NCBI GenBank assembly: GCA_002269645.1
Contig: NIVC01000208.1
Span: forward strand, 441,639-505,638
Length of the DNA stretch: 64,000 nucleotides
From: Macrostomum lignano
Lineage: Eukaryota
Direction: 5' to 3'
Position numbers and translations under genes: made by a program. Below are positions 1 through 12,709 of the stretch, piece after piece. The notes beneath the pieces are model-generated. The model did not search any database. It was not told where the DNA came from and was given only the letters and a program-made list of their open reading frames with translations. Position 1 is the stretch's first letter. Each line of letters begins with the position of its first letter.

Positions 1-426
1 GCTCAATTTTGCAAGTGGCAAGACCACCACTCGCGCTTTTCTCTTCATCTGCTCCCAGTCTGGACTTTCCTGAGTCATCCACTCGGATCAAGGACCGAAT
101 TTTGAGAGTCAGCTTTTTCGAGACGCTTTGCGAGATCTGGTAGTCATGAAAGCAAAAAACAATCGAATTCTCGGGCGATTCAGTGCTGCAGTTACTCGGT
201 GTTCCATTGAGCGAGAGAGGAGTGGGAGAATAAGCTACCCCTGATCCTGCTGCCCCACAATTTCCGGGAGCACTCTCCAACACAGCTGCTGCTAGCAATC
301 GTATCGTATTTAACTTGCGTATCAATCTAATAAACGCCAAAGGGGCTTCGTCAACTCTCAGTCGTATCTCCCTGCCTTAGTCTACACTTTTACTAACGTA
401 AAGCCAACATTTTGACTTTATTTTAG

Positions 427-1590
427 CGTCGAGCAGCGAAGAGCCGAAGCTATTCGGAGTTCTGTCGCCAGCAGATCCACATCAGTATATGCTGTTCTTC
501 TCAACCATGAGCGAGTATCAGAAGCTCGGTGCGACTCAGCTTGTGTACTTTCTAAGCATTGGTGGATCCATAATAGATAAGCGATTTAATCCATCAGAGG
601 TGATTAATTCTCACTAAATTCAGTAGTGCAGGTTTCTTTGCTGATAAATACACACGTTTAATATCTTACAAATTGTACATTTGCACCGCTTTTATCCTCA
701 GGCCACCTGCATAGCCAACTCCAGTTACTGCTTCATGACGGGGAAACTGCCGTCAGACATTTCGCCTAAAGTGTGTCACATTGGAATCACGGTAAATTTG
801 GAAATGTATCGATTGTTTTATTTAGATCATTTAGTTTAGTCAGTTTAAGTATTTTATCTTACCAACTTATCAAAATCAATTACAGCTTCGAATTAGCAAG
901 ATCAACTACGACGGCTGCTTACCGAATAGCTGTCCCAATATTTACTCGACTGACGAGTGCCAGCTTCGGGGTGAGACTCGAAGTATTTGTCCTTTTCGCA
1001 GCCAGGTGGATGGCTCGACCTTTTACCTCAATTCACCTGTACCTCATGAATCCAAATAAACCCCTAGAACTCCGCACAATCTAACCACTACTTCAAAATC
1101 CGTCTCATCACTTAAAATCCGCCTAGCTAAAGCACATTACATGTATTCCAGAATCCCAGCATGCGTCTGACCCCCGGATCGATTACGGTTAAATAGACAG
1201 CCGCTGTATAGTACACCCTATGTGAGCGTGTGCATATATGAGTGCGTGCCTGCGTACAGTATTTGTGAGCTTCTATGTGCTCAGGAGCCAGTGGGATTGC
1301 CCACTGATTGTGGAACTATGTCGCTGAAAGCGTCGCGCCAGGGTGCTCAAAGCATTCCTGCAATTCATATTATTATCATCCCAGTATTCCGCCCAAATCC
1401 GCCCACACCCCTGCAGTGCACGCAGACACCAGGGAGTGCAGCCAGCAGCCCTGGCCCTTCGAGCCGTGTCCGTATCCCCCATCGGTCTCCGAGTTTCTGC
1501 CGAAGAGCCAGCAATACAACAAGAGCAGCAGCGAAAATTCAACTGAAATTAGAAAAGAAGCGCAAGACTCCAGCAAATCGCTTGTTTTAA
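427..1590 (+). CDS. Possible 3' exons of an unidentified gene entering from the left edge
   Basis: Candidate exons 427-599, 702-770 and 1285-1590 have GT-AG boundaries and matching phases and give an open frame (SSEEPKLFGVL...ATCIANSSYCF...EPVGLPTDCG...). No recognisable domain. Confidence 0.3.
1211..1287. repeat. Short (~75 bp) dispersed repeat, second copy at 47189-47262
   Basis: gtacaccct(a/g)tgtgagcgtgtg...tatgagtgc..gtgcctgcgtac(a/g)gtatt occurs at both sites. Confidence 0.6.
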
Positions 1591-2299
1591 TAGGCAGTTT
1601 CAGCGTACTCTTTGTAGCGATTGGGGTCACCATCGGACTACTGATGTCGGTTCTGAGACGCCCACACGTGACGGTCTTGTACTTAATTGAGTCTTGCGAC
1701 AGCGACTGGCAAAGACTGTTGAAGCCGCCACCCAAAAGACAGCTGGAGCGTATCAAGCGGATGCCAGGACATTCCTTCAGCTCTGTGGCAGCCGGCATTA
1801 AAGAGTTAAGCATGAGAAACTGGAAAACCGCTCCTGCACTGAGAACAGCTGATTAAGGGATGTCAACTGCTTAATTTTCCTGTTTGACAGTTTATTGTTT
1901 GATAATCAGCTTTCCCTGCTTTAGACTCATCAGCTGTTTAGTCTGCCAAATGACTAAACGAAAGTGCACTTTATTTGTCTCTGTTAGCCACACCGAGTGC
2001 TAGAGCGCATCCATAAACAGCGCTGTCCCCTCTCGGTTATCATGATTTTTGTGACCTCTTCTGCAGGGGAAGTAATAAATTTTAGAATCTGCGAATCATC
2101 TCAAACGCACTTGTAGCGCCTAAATGGATCTAGACTATCGGGGCTTCAAATCTTCTTTTTATTGCTCCCGTGTGAGTTTTCTATTTGACTGATTTATTTT
2201 ATTGTCTTTGTATGCTGTTGGTGCTGACAAAAATCATTAATATGTGAAGGTAATGGCTTCAGTAAAATAAAAAATTAATCCTATCATTTAGTCATTCCT

Positions 2300-3060
2300 G
2301 GGATTTTTTGTCTATGTAGTTTTTGTTGGAAAGCGTTATGAAAGTGTATTGCTCGTGGTAAAAGTGAGCCTTTAGTTAGCTCAAATAGTTGCTGGTTTTC
2401 TGCAATGCCTATGACAAACCACGTCTTTCGGCTTGGCTCGTTTCCGCTGCGTGTGTCGCACCCAATAGATCGCAAAAAGGTATATAGAAATTCAATGACG
2501 GTGTCGCCGTTGGCTCGAATCTTCAAATTCTTCCCATTTTCCGGATTTAGTCGCACACATCGCACCGTGCCCGACGTAGGATCGTTGGTAACGTCAACTG
2601 GGTTAGTTAACTCGGTATCTACAGCTTGAGAGTTGGTCGTAATTTAGCCACCTTCACGGCAGCTGTTACTTGATGGCTCATAGCACATATGGCTTGCTCT
2701 CGTTTCTGCCCTCGTCGAATGTAGCGCTCGACAGATGCACCTCGCTTGTGGCCTGTCAGTTCGGCGATAGCTTCGACAATAAATCCAGCATTTTTAGAGG
2801 GTATCGTCGGCAAACAAACAAACGATCGGCCATCAACGTTAACACCACAAGAATGAGTTCATAGAAAAATAATTTAAATGCTCTTGTCCGCGTTCACCAA
2901 GTTGGTACTAAAGAATAAACAAAACTGTGTCTGGCCCGGCGCCACTGCGGTCAAAGTATATAGCCACGCAGCCTTGCTATGTCGCCTTCTTCAATTGGAC
3001 CGTAGCTCTTGATTACATCTTCTGACTGGATAAACTTTGAACTTTGAACTTCAACATGCG
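2300..3060 (-). mobile_element. Degenerate, internally deleted Crypton-like tyrosine-recombinase (DUF3504-type) remnant
   Basis: Minus-strand conceptual translation across frameshifts and a stop: KSYGPIEEGDIARLRGY/FDRS...VLFIL*YQLGERGQEHL..SMNSF/..DGRSFVCL..SKN|AGFIVEAIAELTGHKRGASVERY. This matches the Crypton RGxE box and the C-terminal TGH...Y box; the HxxR box is missing. Confidence 0.55.
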
Positions 3061-3776
3061 ATTTAAACCGTCGAAATTCACAACGATATATGGATGTTTT
3101 CCTGAAACAGCAAACCGAGGAGCACCTTGCGGAAGAGAAAATCGAGCAATCCTGATATTAACCTTGATGGCATGTTCGACTGCACGCCGAGCGTTAAGAC
3201 CTCGAAAGATCGATAGAAGAGCTATAAGAAAGTGTCACGAGTGTCAATACCAGACGTCAGACGGATGAATACGTCAAAATGTTGTTCAACTTCATGGCAT
3301 CGACGCCATCTTTTAAAATTGACTTGATGGCGACTGAGCCAGAAAACGCTAACAGTGTGCTGCTATTGTTCTACGGCACGCAAAGTCAACTTTTCACAAT
3401 TTCATTTCACGGAAGCGGGACTGAGAGCACCTTTAATTTACCCAAAGGAGTGTCTACTGTAATATGGACATTATTGCAAATGTGACGCCTCTCATACATG
3501 TAATTTTTTATACTGTTGTCTCGCTGAATCGTCGTATAAAACGTATTCAGTGACTATGTTAAGGTCAGGCCATAGACATCCACTTTATGCACGCGTTTTG
3601 ATCACCAGAACACTTCTTGCATAGCTTGACTATTGGATTTTATCGGCAGCAAGACGACTTTTTGGTGTACAAAATAATTACAAGAGCGGTTTTGCTTTTA
3701 CAAATTTCAGTTTTACCTACCTTTCAATTAGAAGTTTCTCTTTAAGATATGTTTGTACTATGTTCTTTGAACAGAG

Positions 3777-4072
3777 TTTGTGTCTTGTTCCGATTGCGGT
3801 AGCTCGTAGAACGACTTCAAATTCAGACAGCCATTCCACAGCAAAAGACTCTAAAACTGGTCGGAAATCGATATCGAGTCAAAAGTGTTTTGCTTCAGCA
3901 CTCGTTATAGAGAAACGAAAGTATTTTTGTGTCTTGTTCTGATTGCGGTAGCTCGTAGGACGACTTCAAATTGAGACAGCCATTCCACAGCAAAAGACTA
4001 AAACTGGTCGGAAATCAATATCGAGTCAAAAGTGTTTAGCTTCAGCACTCGTTATAGAGAAACGAAAGTATT
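3777..4072. repeat. Tandem duplication of a ~149-bp unit (2 copies) upstream of metalloprotease 1
   Basis: tttgtgtcttgttc...gaaacgaaagtatt starts at 3777 and again at 3926. Confidence 0.85.
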
Positions 4073-4267
4073 GGAAGTTTGAAATTACTTAAATTTTTGA
4101 AGAACCCCACATACTTACACAGTTTCAGGAACGGTTTCCTACTGGAAGTTTTATTTAAAATATTTGTGGCGAATCGACTTTTGTATTTATATTTTACCTA
4201 TTCTACGGCTGCTTCTGTGCTTAAAAGCAAGGCTCAAGCGGTGTGCAAAGTCCAGAAACCAATAAAA

Positions 4268-5758
4268 ATGCAGCGAACAGGTAGGTTTGAAAAAAAAGTA
4301 AAACCATATGCAGGCGATGATTCTGCCGCATTTTCAGTTCTGCTGCTGTTCATTGTTTTTACGGTGGCCCAGGCGTCGGTGTCCGTGACGCAATCCAGCG
4401 GTGACGGACCTCACCCGTCCTCCATGGAGATCGAGCTCCAGCTGCCCGACACCGACAAGAAAGTTCGCATCCCGCTGACTAAGACTGCTCCGTTGGATGA
4501 CGCTGTGGTCACTGTGACGGACGGTGGAGTCTCCAGGACGTTCTCTGGCCGACAAGCTCAACACGGAGATCACGCTCACTACAGAAATGTCGATCGGAAG
4601 TCTGTGATCAGCGTTCGACACGAGAACGGCACAAAGCGCATCAAAGGTCACGTGACGCACCAAGACGCCTTGTATTTCGTCGAGCCGATCGGCGACTTCG
4701 AGCACCGTGTCTCCAAAACCAACGGAACTGACTCGCAGACGGATGGGACGCAGCCCGAGCGGGTTCTGAGTCGCAAGAAACGCCAAGTAAACCGAGAGGC
4801 TACCGAGTACATAGTCGAGATCCACATCCTCATTGATCACCACGTTTGGAAGACTTTCAAGTCAATTTTCGGTTCAGATGAAGAAGCCCTGACTGAGCTG
4901 CACTTCTACTATTCTCACATTGTGATTGGCATGGACACGGTCTTCAGGAACATCGGCAGTCCGTCAATCAGTGTCAGGTGCATCGAGTTAACAGTAGCTA
5001 AGACAGAAGCCGATGCAAAGTGGATGCCACCGGATAGCTCGGCTGACGGTACGCGCTTTATGATAAATAGTGTCCCTTATTGCGTACAGTGTAATTTCCA
5101 ATAATCTCAACGTTGAAGCGTTTGCCTGAACTGATCTTTTTAGCGAAAGATGGAAATGTTATTTTAAACGGCATCGAAGCGTACGCGAAGGCAAAAGAGC
5201 CGATCACGTGATGGCTTTCACCCGCGGGGGCATTGGGAAGGACGGATTCTTGGTCGTGGCAGGATTGGCCTTTCCGAGTGGTGCCTGTCGAAAGTGGAAG
5301 GTCAGCCTTGTTGACGATACGGGCCTCGACAGCTGGAACACGGCGGCGCACGAGCTTGCGCACAGCTTAGGGGCCAGTCACGATAACAGAGAGCCTGGCT
5401 GCGAAATTCATCAGAAGTTCTTGATGTCACCGCATGGTTCGGTCTACGATCTCAGCAACGTAGCCAATTCCTATCGCTTCTCTCCATGCACAGTGAGGCA
5501 GATCAGGACCTATCTCGAATCCAGTAAGCTATTAAAATGCATGTTTTGTTTTAATTTGATTGCGAAAGCAAGATTCAGCTAGTCGATAACGTCTTTCGTA
5601 TAAGTGCTCTATGACGGAATAAGAAACTACTGAGTATGTCCCTGAACGGAATACTCAACCGATATCATTAGCCACATCCGTCACGAACTATATTTTGGAT
5701 CCCTAACTCGCTAGGTGGGAGGGGTAAAGCGATAGCGCGCAAGAATGATTAGTCATTT

Positions 5759-5849
<91 letters not shown>

Positions 5850-7162
5850 ACAACGTGAAAACCAAAGTTTAACCCTCAAATTGTCTCAATGAGGAACTTT
5901 ATTTTCGTCTTTCTTTGTTATGCACGGACTGGCTATTATTTGCACTGTTACTGCAACATGCTGTATTAAATATTAATATGCTATTAGTATATTAATATTA
6001 CTAATTTTAATATTAATTAGCGGCAGATAAAAAAATTGTTAAAATGAAAAGTTAAGAGCGAACAGGCCACTCGACAAAGCTAACGGTAGCTACGGTTGGT
6101 TCAGGATTCAATAGGGCTGGCATATGACGCTGGCTTCGGTTTCTTTGTGAGAGTTTAGGATAGTGGTTCTAGAAGGGAGATCGAGATGATGCTTGGGTCA
6201 AAAGCAGTGGGAAAATGCGCTTTCGGTTCTTGACTCTGACAAGAAGGAAATATTCGGGCGCCTGATTCGTAGCAAAAACGGCATTGAACTGTCCTTGGTT
6301 TGCGTTGCCTAGCAGCCGAGTGACGTCACTTGTCTAGCCGTGCTGTGATTGGTTAGTAAAATGGGGTAGGTACCCCTTGAAAAGGCGGAATAAGCGAATA
6401 GAAAAATGTCTTACTGGTATCGGAGTTCGTCGAGTGCATTTCGTTTCGGTGATTTGAACAACAGCGCTGAGGTTGGGGTGGGTGACAAGAAGTGGGGTGG
6501 GTGTAGGTAATGAGTGATCAGATGATTTATCAGGAGGATGGCAGATATTCAGAGTTGGGATCGGCATTGGTGAACTTGAGGTGAAATAATATAAAAATTT
6601 TGCTGAGATCCTTACCGCTGTCAAATTACGAGATAAAGGCTTGTATTTTTGTTACTCACAAACTGTATTTTTTAATCTCTAACCAGGTGAAGCAGCGTGC
6701 CTGCGGTCTCTTCAAGGCACCGGTGTCAGCCAACTGACAGGCTCTGTCCGCCAAGGAGCTCGCTTATCCCTCGATCAGGTGTGCCGTCTCAGATACCCAT
6801 CCAGTCCTGGCAAATTATTCGTGCATGAGAACTTCATAAAGGACCCAGCTTTGTTGTGCATCAACGTGTACTGCCACAGGGAGGCTTGGGGATCGAGTGC
6901 GCCATTTAGGTACGGCCTTCGAGCCCCGGTCGGCACCCCGTGCGGCAGTCAGAAGAGCTGCAACTGGAACGGCCAGTGCACCTACGACTCGAAGGTCCCC
7001 GCTATCGACATGTCCTGCTTTTTCGGCGACATTAACTCCTTCGACAAGTGCAGCATTGTATACCGGACCATCACCAAGATTCCAAGTGCAGTAATCAGGA
7101 ACAGATATTGCAATCAGATGAAGCCTGCCTGCTGCAAGACGCTGGCCTCCATCTGCTCTTGA
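4268..7162 (+). CDS. Secreted M12B (reprolysin/ADAMTS-like) metalloprotease, copy 1; one -1 frameshift
   Basis: Exons 4268-4280, 4338-5048, 5144-5523, 6687-7162. Signal peptide MQRTVLLLFIVFTVAQA, furin site RKKR, HELAHSLGASHD, Met-turn FLMSP, ADAM Cys-rich domain (LDQVC...GTPCG...C..G.C) and a 6-Cys tail. A missing G at ~5190 breaks the frame before the active site. Confidence 0.88.
5759..5845. repeat. (GA)n microsatellite in intron 3 of metalloprotease 1
   Basis: Direct reading. Confidence 0.95.
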
Positions 7163-8138
7163 CGTTGTCACATAGCTTTAAATGCTGGACCGATTTGTTT
7201 GAGTTAACTATAAACAGCTGATAAAGAGTGAAAATATATTGTCGCAATCCAAAACTCAGTTTCATTCGTTATTGACTCTCGTTTTGCTGTCTATAAATGG
7301 TACCCATTTGGGCAGACGAAGGCCGTTAGAGGCACGGTTCTTTATAAATGAACCGTTCTCACTGTCCTCATTTATAACTCAACACGCCAGGCTTATGGCA
7401 CTAAGCAAGCAAATTCCAGCTCGTAGTTCAGCATCGAAATAAGCGAATTGGGTGGCCCAGTTTCTTTCGGTTAGATTAATAGGAATGGCATGCATCTGCC
7501 CTTTGTCTCTGCATATGAAGCGATTCTCCCTTGAAGTTTTTTTGATAAAACACTAGTGGGCTCTTCAAGCAAAATATTGTCGCCTTGTGGATGCAGGAAG
7601 GAAGAGCTCCAATACTTTTTCGCATTTGAATCTGAATGCGAGGAATATAGTTTTTTGGCTGTTCTGACAGTTTCAAACCGTGTGTGCAACATCTCTTTGT
7701 GACCTAAAGAGAGACTTCTACGGGCTATGTTTTTTCTTTGAGTATCCGCCCAACTTTCTTCTTTTAGATTGGATTTCTCATTGCAGTTGAGCACTAGTTA
7801 CAATATTTGAGAGGGCGGTGTTTTTCATCTTAATACATGTAAATCTCAGCATCACCACACCCTGCACTGGTTGTTGGCAGTATGACCGTACGAGCTATGA
7901 TGTCCTCTGGCGGTCTGGTAAGGGCGTCGAACTGCCCTTTCGAAAAGGCAGCGAGTTTCTGCTCTTGAAAGAACGAAAGATCACTGACGTCGATAGTTGC
8001 TTATAACTTGAGTCAAATTTCAATAGTTTAGTATATATTTTTATTTGGAAGTTCCATCACCAAAAAAGTTTTTTTCGTGCCATTTCTGCTACATTAGTTG
8101 GTGTTTTCGTCTCCATTTGGAACCTGGCTTTTTCCCGA

Positions 8139-10018
8139 TTAGCATAGAGTAGCCAAAGACCTGCAGCAACCCTCCTTGGCGCTGTCAGTACAAGAAGTCC
8201 AGCCCTTCTCGATGTACATCTTCCAGTCTGCGCAGTTGCTCCACGAGTCGCCCCAGAAGCAGCTGTCGTCAGCTGCTGGAGCGGATTCGTCCGCTGAGCA
8301 CTCGCCGTTCCAGTTGCAGCTCTTTTTGTTGCCGCACGGCGTACCAACTGGAGCGCGAAGTCCGCTTACAGATGTACCACCGCCGTCGCTCGAAGCGCAG
8401 TAGATCATGGCGCAGATGGAGGCAGGATTGTTGAAGGTATCAGTAGTGAGGTAAAACTTTCCAGGACCGTTGGGCTGGAAAAAGCGGCAAACCTGGTCGA
8501 GGGTCAAGCGAGTGCCTTCGCGCGTATTCGATGTCAGCTCACTAAGACGGCTTCCCTGGTCGGAAGTCATGCAGTTTGTTGAGCCTGTTTGAGACAAGAG
8601 TCAAGTGTTAATAAAAGTGCAATGTCGCTAAAAATGAATGGTAAAATGAGCACGCACACGGATGCGTACGCAGGGTGCACAACGGTCCTGAATTTGTCAT
8701 CATCACAGGGCATGTACATATCCCTTGACTAAGCCGTTTACCCTCCCTCTGCTTACCCAGAGAGTTAAGATATGCCGCCATGTAGGACACCGAGCAGCTG
8801 GAGAAGCGGTAGGAGTTAGCTACGTTAGCCAGATTGTACATTCCGCCAGACGGAGACATGAGGTTCTTCGCGCCCGAGCTGCAGGTGTTGCCGCTCGCAT
8901 CGTGATGAGAGCCCAAGTTGTGAGCGAGCTCGTGAGCAGCTGTGCCCCAGCTTTGCAGTCCCTGATCCTCGTTGATGCTGACTCGAATATTCCTACAGAC
9001 GCCTCCTACGTACGCCATGCCGCAAACCGATGAGCTACCGCCGCCGGTGATGTCCATACGCGTGAAGGCCATGAAGTGGTCAGCTGTCTTTCCAACGATG
9101 TAGTTCTTCATTGCACTTAAGATGTTGCTTCCCTCAGTATCTAATTTTGAAATCAACTGAATAGCATTGCAATGCGTGCTTAAAATATAAATCACAATAA
9201 AAAGAATCACCCCCTATTTAATTTACCTTCCCCAGCCATCCACTTGTCATCGGCCAGCGTCTTCGAAATGGTCATGCCGATGCAGCTGACGCTGATAGAC
9301 GGGGAGCCGATATTTCTGTACGACGTGTCGATTCCGTTCAAAATATGCGTGTAGTAAAAGTGCAACTCGGTGAGGGCCGCTGAGTCAGTGCTGTAGATGC
9401 TCTTGAAAGCGGACCAGACGCGGCTGTCAATTAGCAGGTAAATCTCCACCTTGTAGTTAGTGGATGCGGTGTTTGTCTGGCGCTTCTTGCGACTCTCGAT
9501 GTCCCTGGCGACGTTGACCTTCTTGGCCAAGTCATGCGGGTTCAACGCGTTCATGGTTACCTGGTGGTCGGCGTCTCCTAGCGGCTCAAGGAAGTACGAC
9601 GTTCCCTCGTGCATCACGTGACCACTAATGCGCCTCTTTCCGTTGACGTGTCGGACGCTGATCACGGACTTGGACTCAATGTCCCTGTAGTGAGCGTGGC
9701 TCGGATGGTGAATCTGGCGAGCCGAAAAAGTCATGGACAGTCCATTTTCTGTCACTGTGACTGGGACATTCTCGAAATCTTGCGTCTTGTTTAGCGGAAT
9801 CCGAACTTTCTTGTTCGAACTGGGCAGCTGTACTTCCATCTCCATAGCTGATGGGTGCAGCTCGTTGCTGCTTGTTCGAGTCACCGTGACGGAAGCCTGA
9901 GCCACCGCGAGGCCCAGCAGGAGGAGCACTGAAAGGAGAGAAATAACAAGATGATGACTTGCATTTTTCCTTGGCTATTTACAAAAAGAAGCAGTATGAG
10001 CTTACCAATCTGACGCAT
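8139..10018 (-). CDS. Secreted M12B (ADAMTS-like) metalloprotease, copy 2; intact
   Basis: Exons 10018-10006, 9928-9227, 9140-8757, 8584-8139, all phase-1 junctions. MRQIVLLLLGLAVAQA, RKKR, HELAHNLGSHHD, NLMSP, Cys-rich domain, tail CFWGD...CCRSLATLC. Confidence 0.93.
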
Positions 10019-11538
10019 TGCAAAGTCTGGAGCTGTTGAAGAGACGACAATCGAAGTCCAGAAACCGATTGGTGGGCAAAGGGCTCGTGTTACCGAAATA
10101 TTTATAGTATTGTCTATTTCCGGTCAAAGTGGAAATGAATTCTTTCGATAAAATAGAACATCTGCTACGGTTGAAGTTGTCCGGATATTAAAGACCCACA
10201 GAAATTAGTCGCAGAAGATTTTCCCGGGACTTGAAATTATTGCATAGTTTCGTCTTCTCTTCCATTTATGTTAATTTCCTTTTCGGTTCCAAAGTTGACA
10301 AGTTCTTCAAGTTAAGGTCAACCCGCTGGTTTTAAAACGAAACTCTGGACGTGACCAACTGTTTGTAGTTTCGTTTAAAAAAAGCTGTAAATACGAGCGT
10401 AGTACGAGTGCTAGGAATTCGTTTGTCAATCTTATGGCAAACTTTTAATAATGAATTTCTGCCTTTAGGGTTCTCAGAGCGGAAATTGAATCGCTTCAAA
10501 CATTTCTTTGCGACACCTATGTGCTGCTTACGCTGATTGTTATACCTGTAGCTTTTTAATACCTGCAACTAGGGGTTCATTGTCGCTAGTCAGTGCTTTT
10601 AGATAGTATTTTGTCTATGGTAAAAACTAACGCAACTTTCACTCCATAGCCTGTGATTCTAGCGTCACTTCTGGATAATGTCCTCGAGTTCTATAAATGT
10701 CTTGATATCGAGCGGCACTGCCGGTCCTTTGGTCAAGCATGACACTTCTGCGTCTTCCTTTTCCTCCGGTAGCATTAGAAATTCGTCACTTGTTCCTCCC
10801 TCTTCGATGTACTTGATAAATGTGGCTAGGTCTTCGGCAGCTGTGTAGTCGTTGCCCGATGTTGATAGCCTTGAAATAAAATCCATGTCGGAGCGTGTGA
10901 CACCAGGAAGACAACTAATCGGCAAGTTGGCCCAGTTAATCAGATGCACTTGGTCTGCAATGATGCTTTTCTTGCTAGTAGTGTTATTTGAGAGCTTTCA
11001 TTTTCTCCCATCACCCCCCTCTATGCCTGCATTCCCCGTTCGCCCGACAACGTGGTCTATGTCTTAAAGCACTTCATTTATTTAAACCGGGCAATAAATT
11101 ATTTATTTCCCGCTGGCCCGGGGCGTATAAACGGCAATTTTACGATAGAAACTTTTAACCATAGACTGTAGACAAAGTCCGAGACAACGACGGGAAATCC
11201 GTCTGCGGGTGATTCTCATGAACCCTGTGTACGAGTGTATGAAGTGTGTCTATAGCCAAAATCAGGGTTCTCTCTCACAGAAAATTATTACCTTAGACTT
11301 TGAGCAAAGAAGATTTGCAAAAAACATAAATTTACCTTTTAAGGTATAACTTCTTTGAGGCTATTTGCTAGTACTGTAAAGGCATTGTTGATACTGAAGT
11401 ATATATAAATAAGTCAAAAAGCCAAAATGACGTACTGTGTCACAACTACACTAGTAATAGCCTCCCTGAGTCCTGGGAATTCTTAGGTCTCTGGTGAACC
11501 TACCGTATTAATGTAATTATTGGCTATAATTTTGACAC

Positions 11539-12480
11539 GAGAGGAGAGGACAAAGGAGAGGAGAGGAGAGGAGAGAAGGGACAGAGAAAAATGAGAGAAG
11601 GGAGAGGAGAGGAGAGGAGAGGAGAGGAGTGGAGAGGAGAGGAGAGGAGAGGAGAGGAGAGGAGAGAGAGGAGAGGAGAGGAGAGGAGAGGAGAGGAGAG
11701 GAGAGAAGAGAAGAGAAGAGAAGAGAAGAGGAGAGAAGAGGAGAGGGAGTAGAGGAGAGGAGAGGAGAGGAGAGGAGAGGAGAGGAGAGGAGAGGAGAGG
11801 AGAGGAGAGAAGAGAAGAGAAGAGGAGAGAAGATGAGAGGGAGGAGAGGAGAGGAGAGGAGAGGAGAGGAGAGGAGAGAAGAGGAGAGAAGAGGAGAGGA
11901 GAGGAGAGAAGAGGAGAGAAGAGGAGAGGAGAGGAGAGAAGAGGAGAGGAGAGGAGAGAAGAGGAGAGGAGAGGAGAGAAGAGGAGAGGAGAGGAGAGGA
12001 GAGGAGAGGAGAGGAGAGGAGAGGAGAGGAGAGGAGAGGAGAGGAGAGAAGAGAAGAGAAGAGAAGAGAAGAGGAGAGAAGAGGAGAGGGGAGTAGAGGA
12101 GAGGAGAGGAGAGGAGAGGAGAGGAGAGGAGAGGAGAGGAGAGAAGAGAAGAGAAGAGGAGAGAAGAGGAGAGGGGAGAGGAGAGGAGAGGAGAGGAGAG
12201 GAGAGGAGAGAAGAGGAGAGAAGAGGAGAGGAGAGGAGAGAAGAGGAGAGGAGAGAAGGGGAGAGGAGAGGAGAGGAGAGGAGAGGAGAGGAGAGGAGAG
12301 GAGAGGAGAGGAGAGGAGAGGAGAGGAGAGGAGAGAAGAGGAGAGAAGGGGAGAGAAGAGGAGAGGAGAGGAGAGGAGAGGAGAGGAGAGGAGAGGAGAG
12401 GAGAGGAGAGGAGAGGAGAGGAGAGGAGAGGAGAGGAGAGGAGAGGAGAGGAGAGGAGAGGAGAGGAGAGGAGAGGAGAG
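11539..12480. repeat. (GGAGA)n pentanucleotide satellite
   Basis: Direct reading; source of the spurious SSPLL/ERRG ORFs. Confidence 0.95.
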
Positions 12481-12709
12481 TCATGACTAGTTAATTGCTT
12501 TCTGAGTGGCAATACTTTATAGCAACAAAAATTAGAATAAAACTTCCAGGTGGCAAGACATATTCACTTTTGGAATGCTTAAAAGTTTCTACAGAAAACT
12601 TAAAGCTTTATTGATTGCTCCTGTTGTCGTCACAGCCGTTTACGAGCGGCGTAGTCTTTCAAAATTATTGCTTCAAGCTCACTTCCATTGTGCAGTTTCA
12701 CCAGCTGAG

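Noticed and set aside
1308-1856. 182-aa ORF with a TM-like segment
   Set aside because: It has a stop just upstream, no clear acceptor or homology, and overlaps the phase-consistent alternative frame. It cannot be excluded but is unsupported.
4334-9794. Antisense ORFs over the protease exons (e.g. 4334-4843, 6815-7171, 8725-9033)
   Set aside because: Shadow ORFs of GC-rich coding exons.
10665-10949. Acidic 94-aa minus-strand ORF
   Set aside because: No recognisable motif or exon context.
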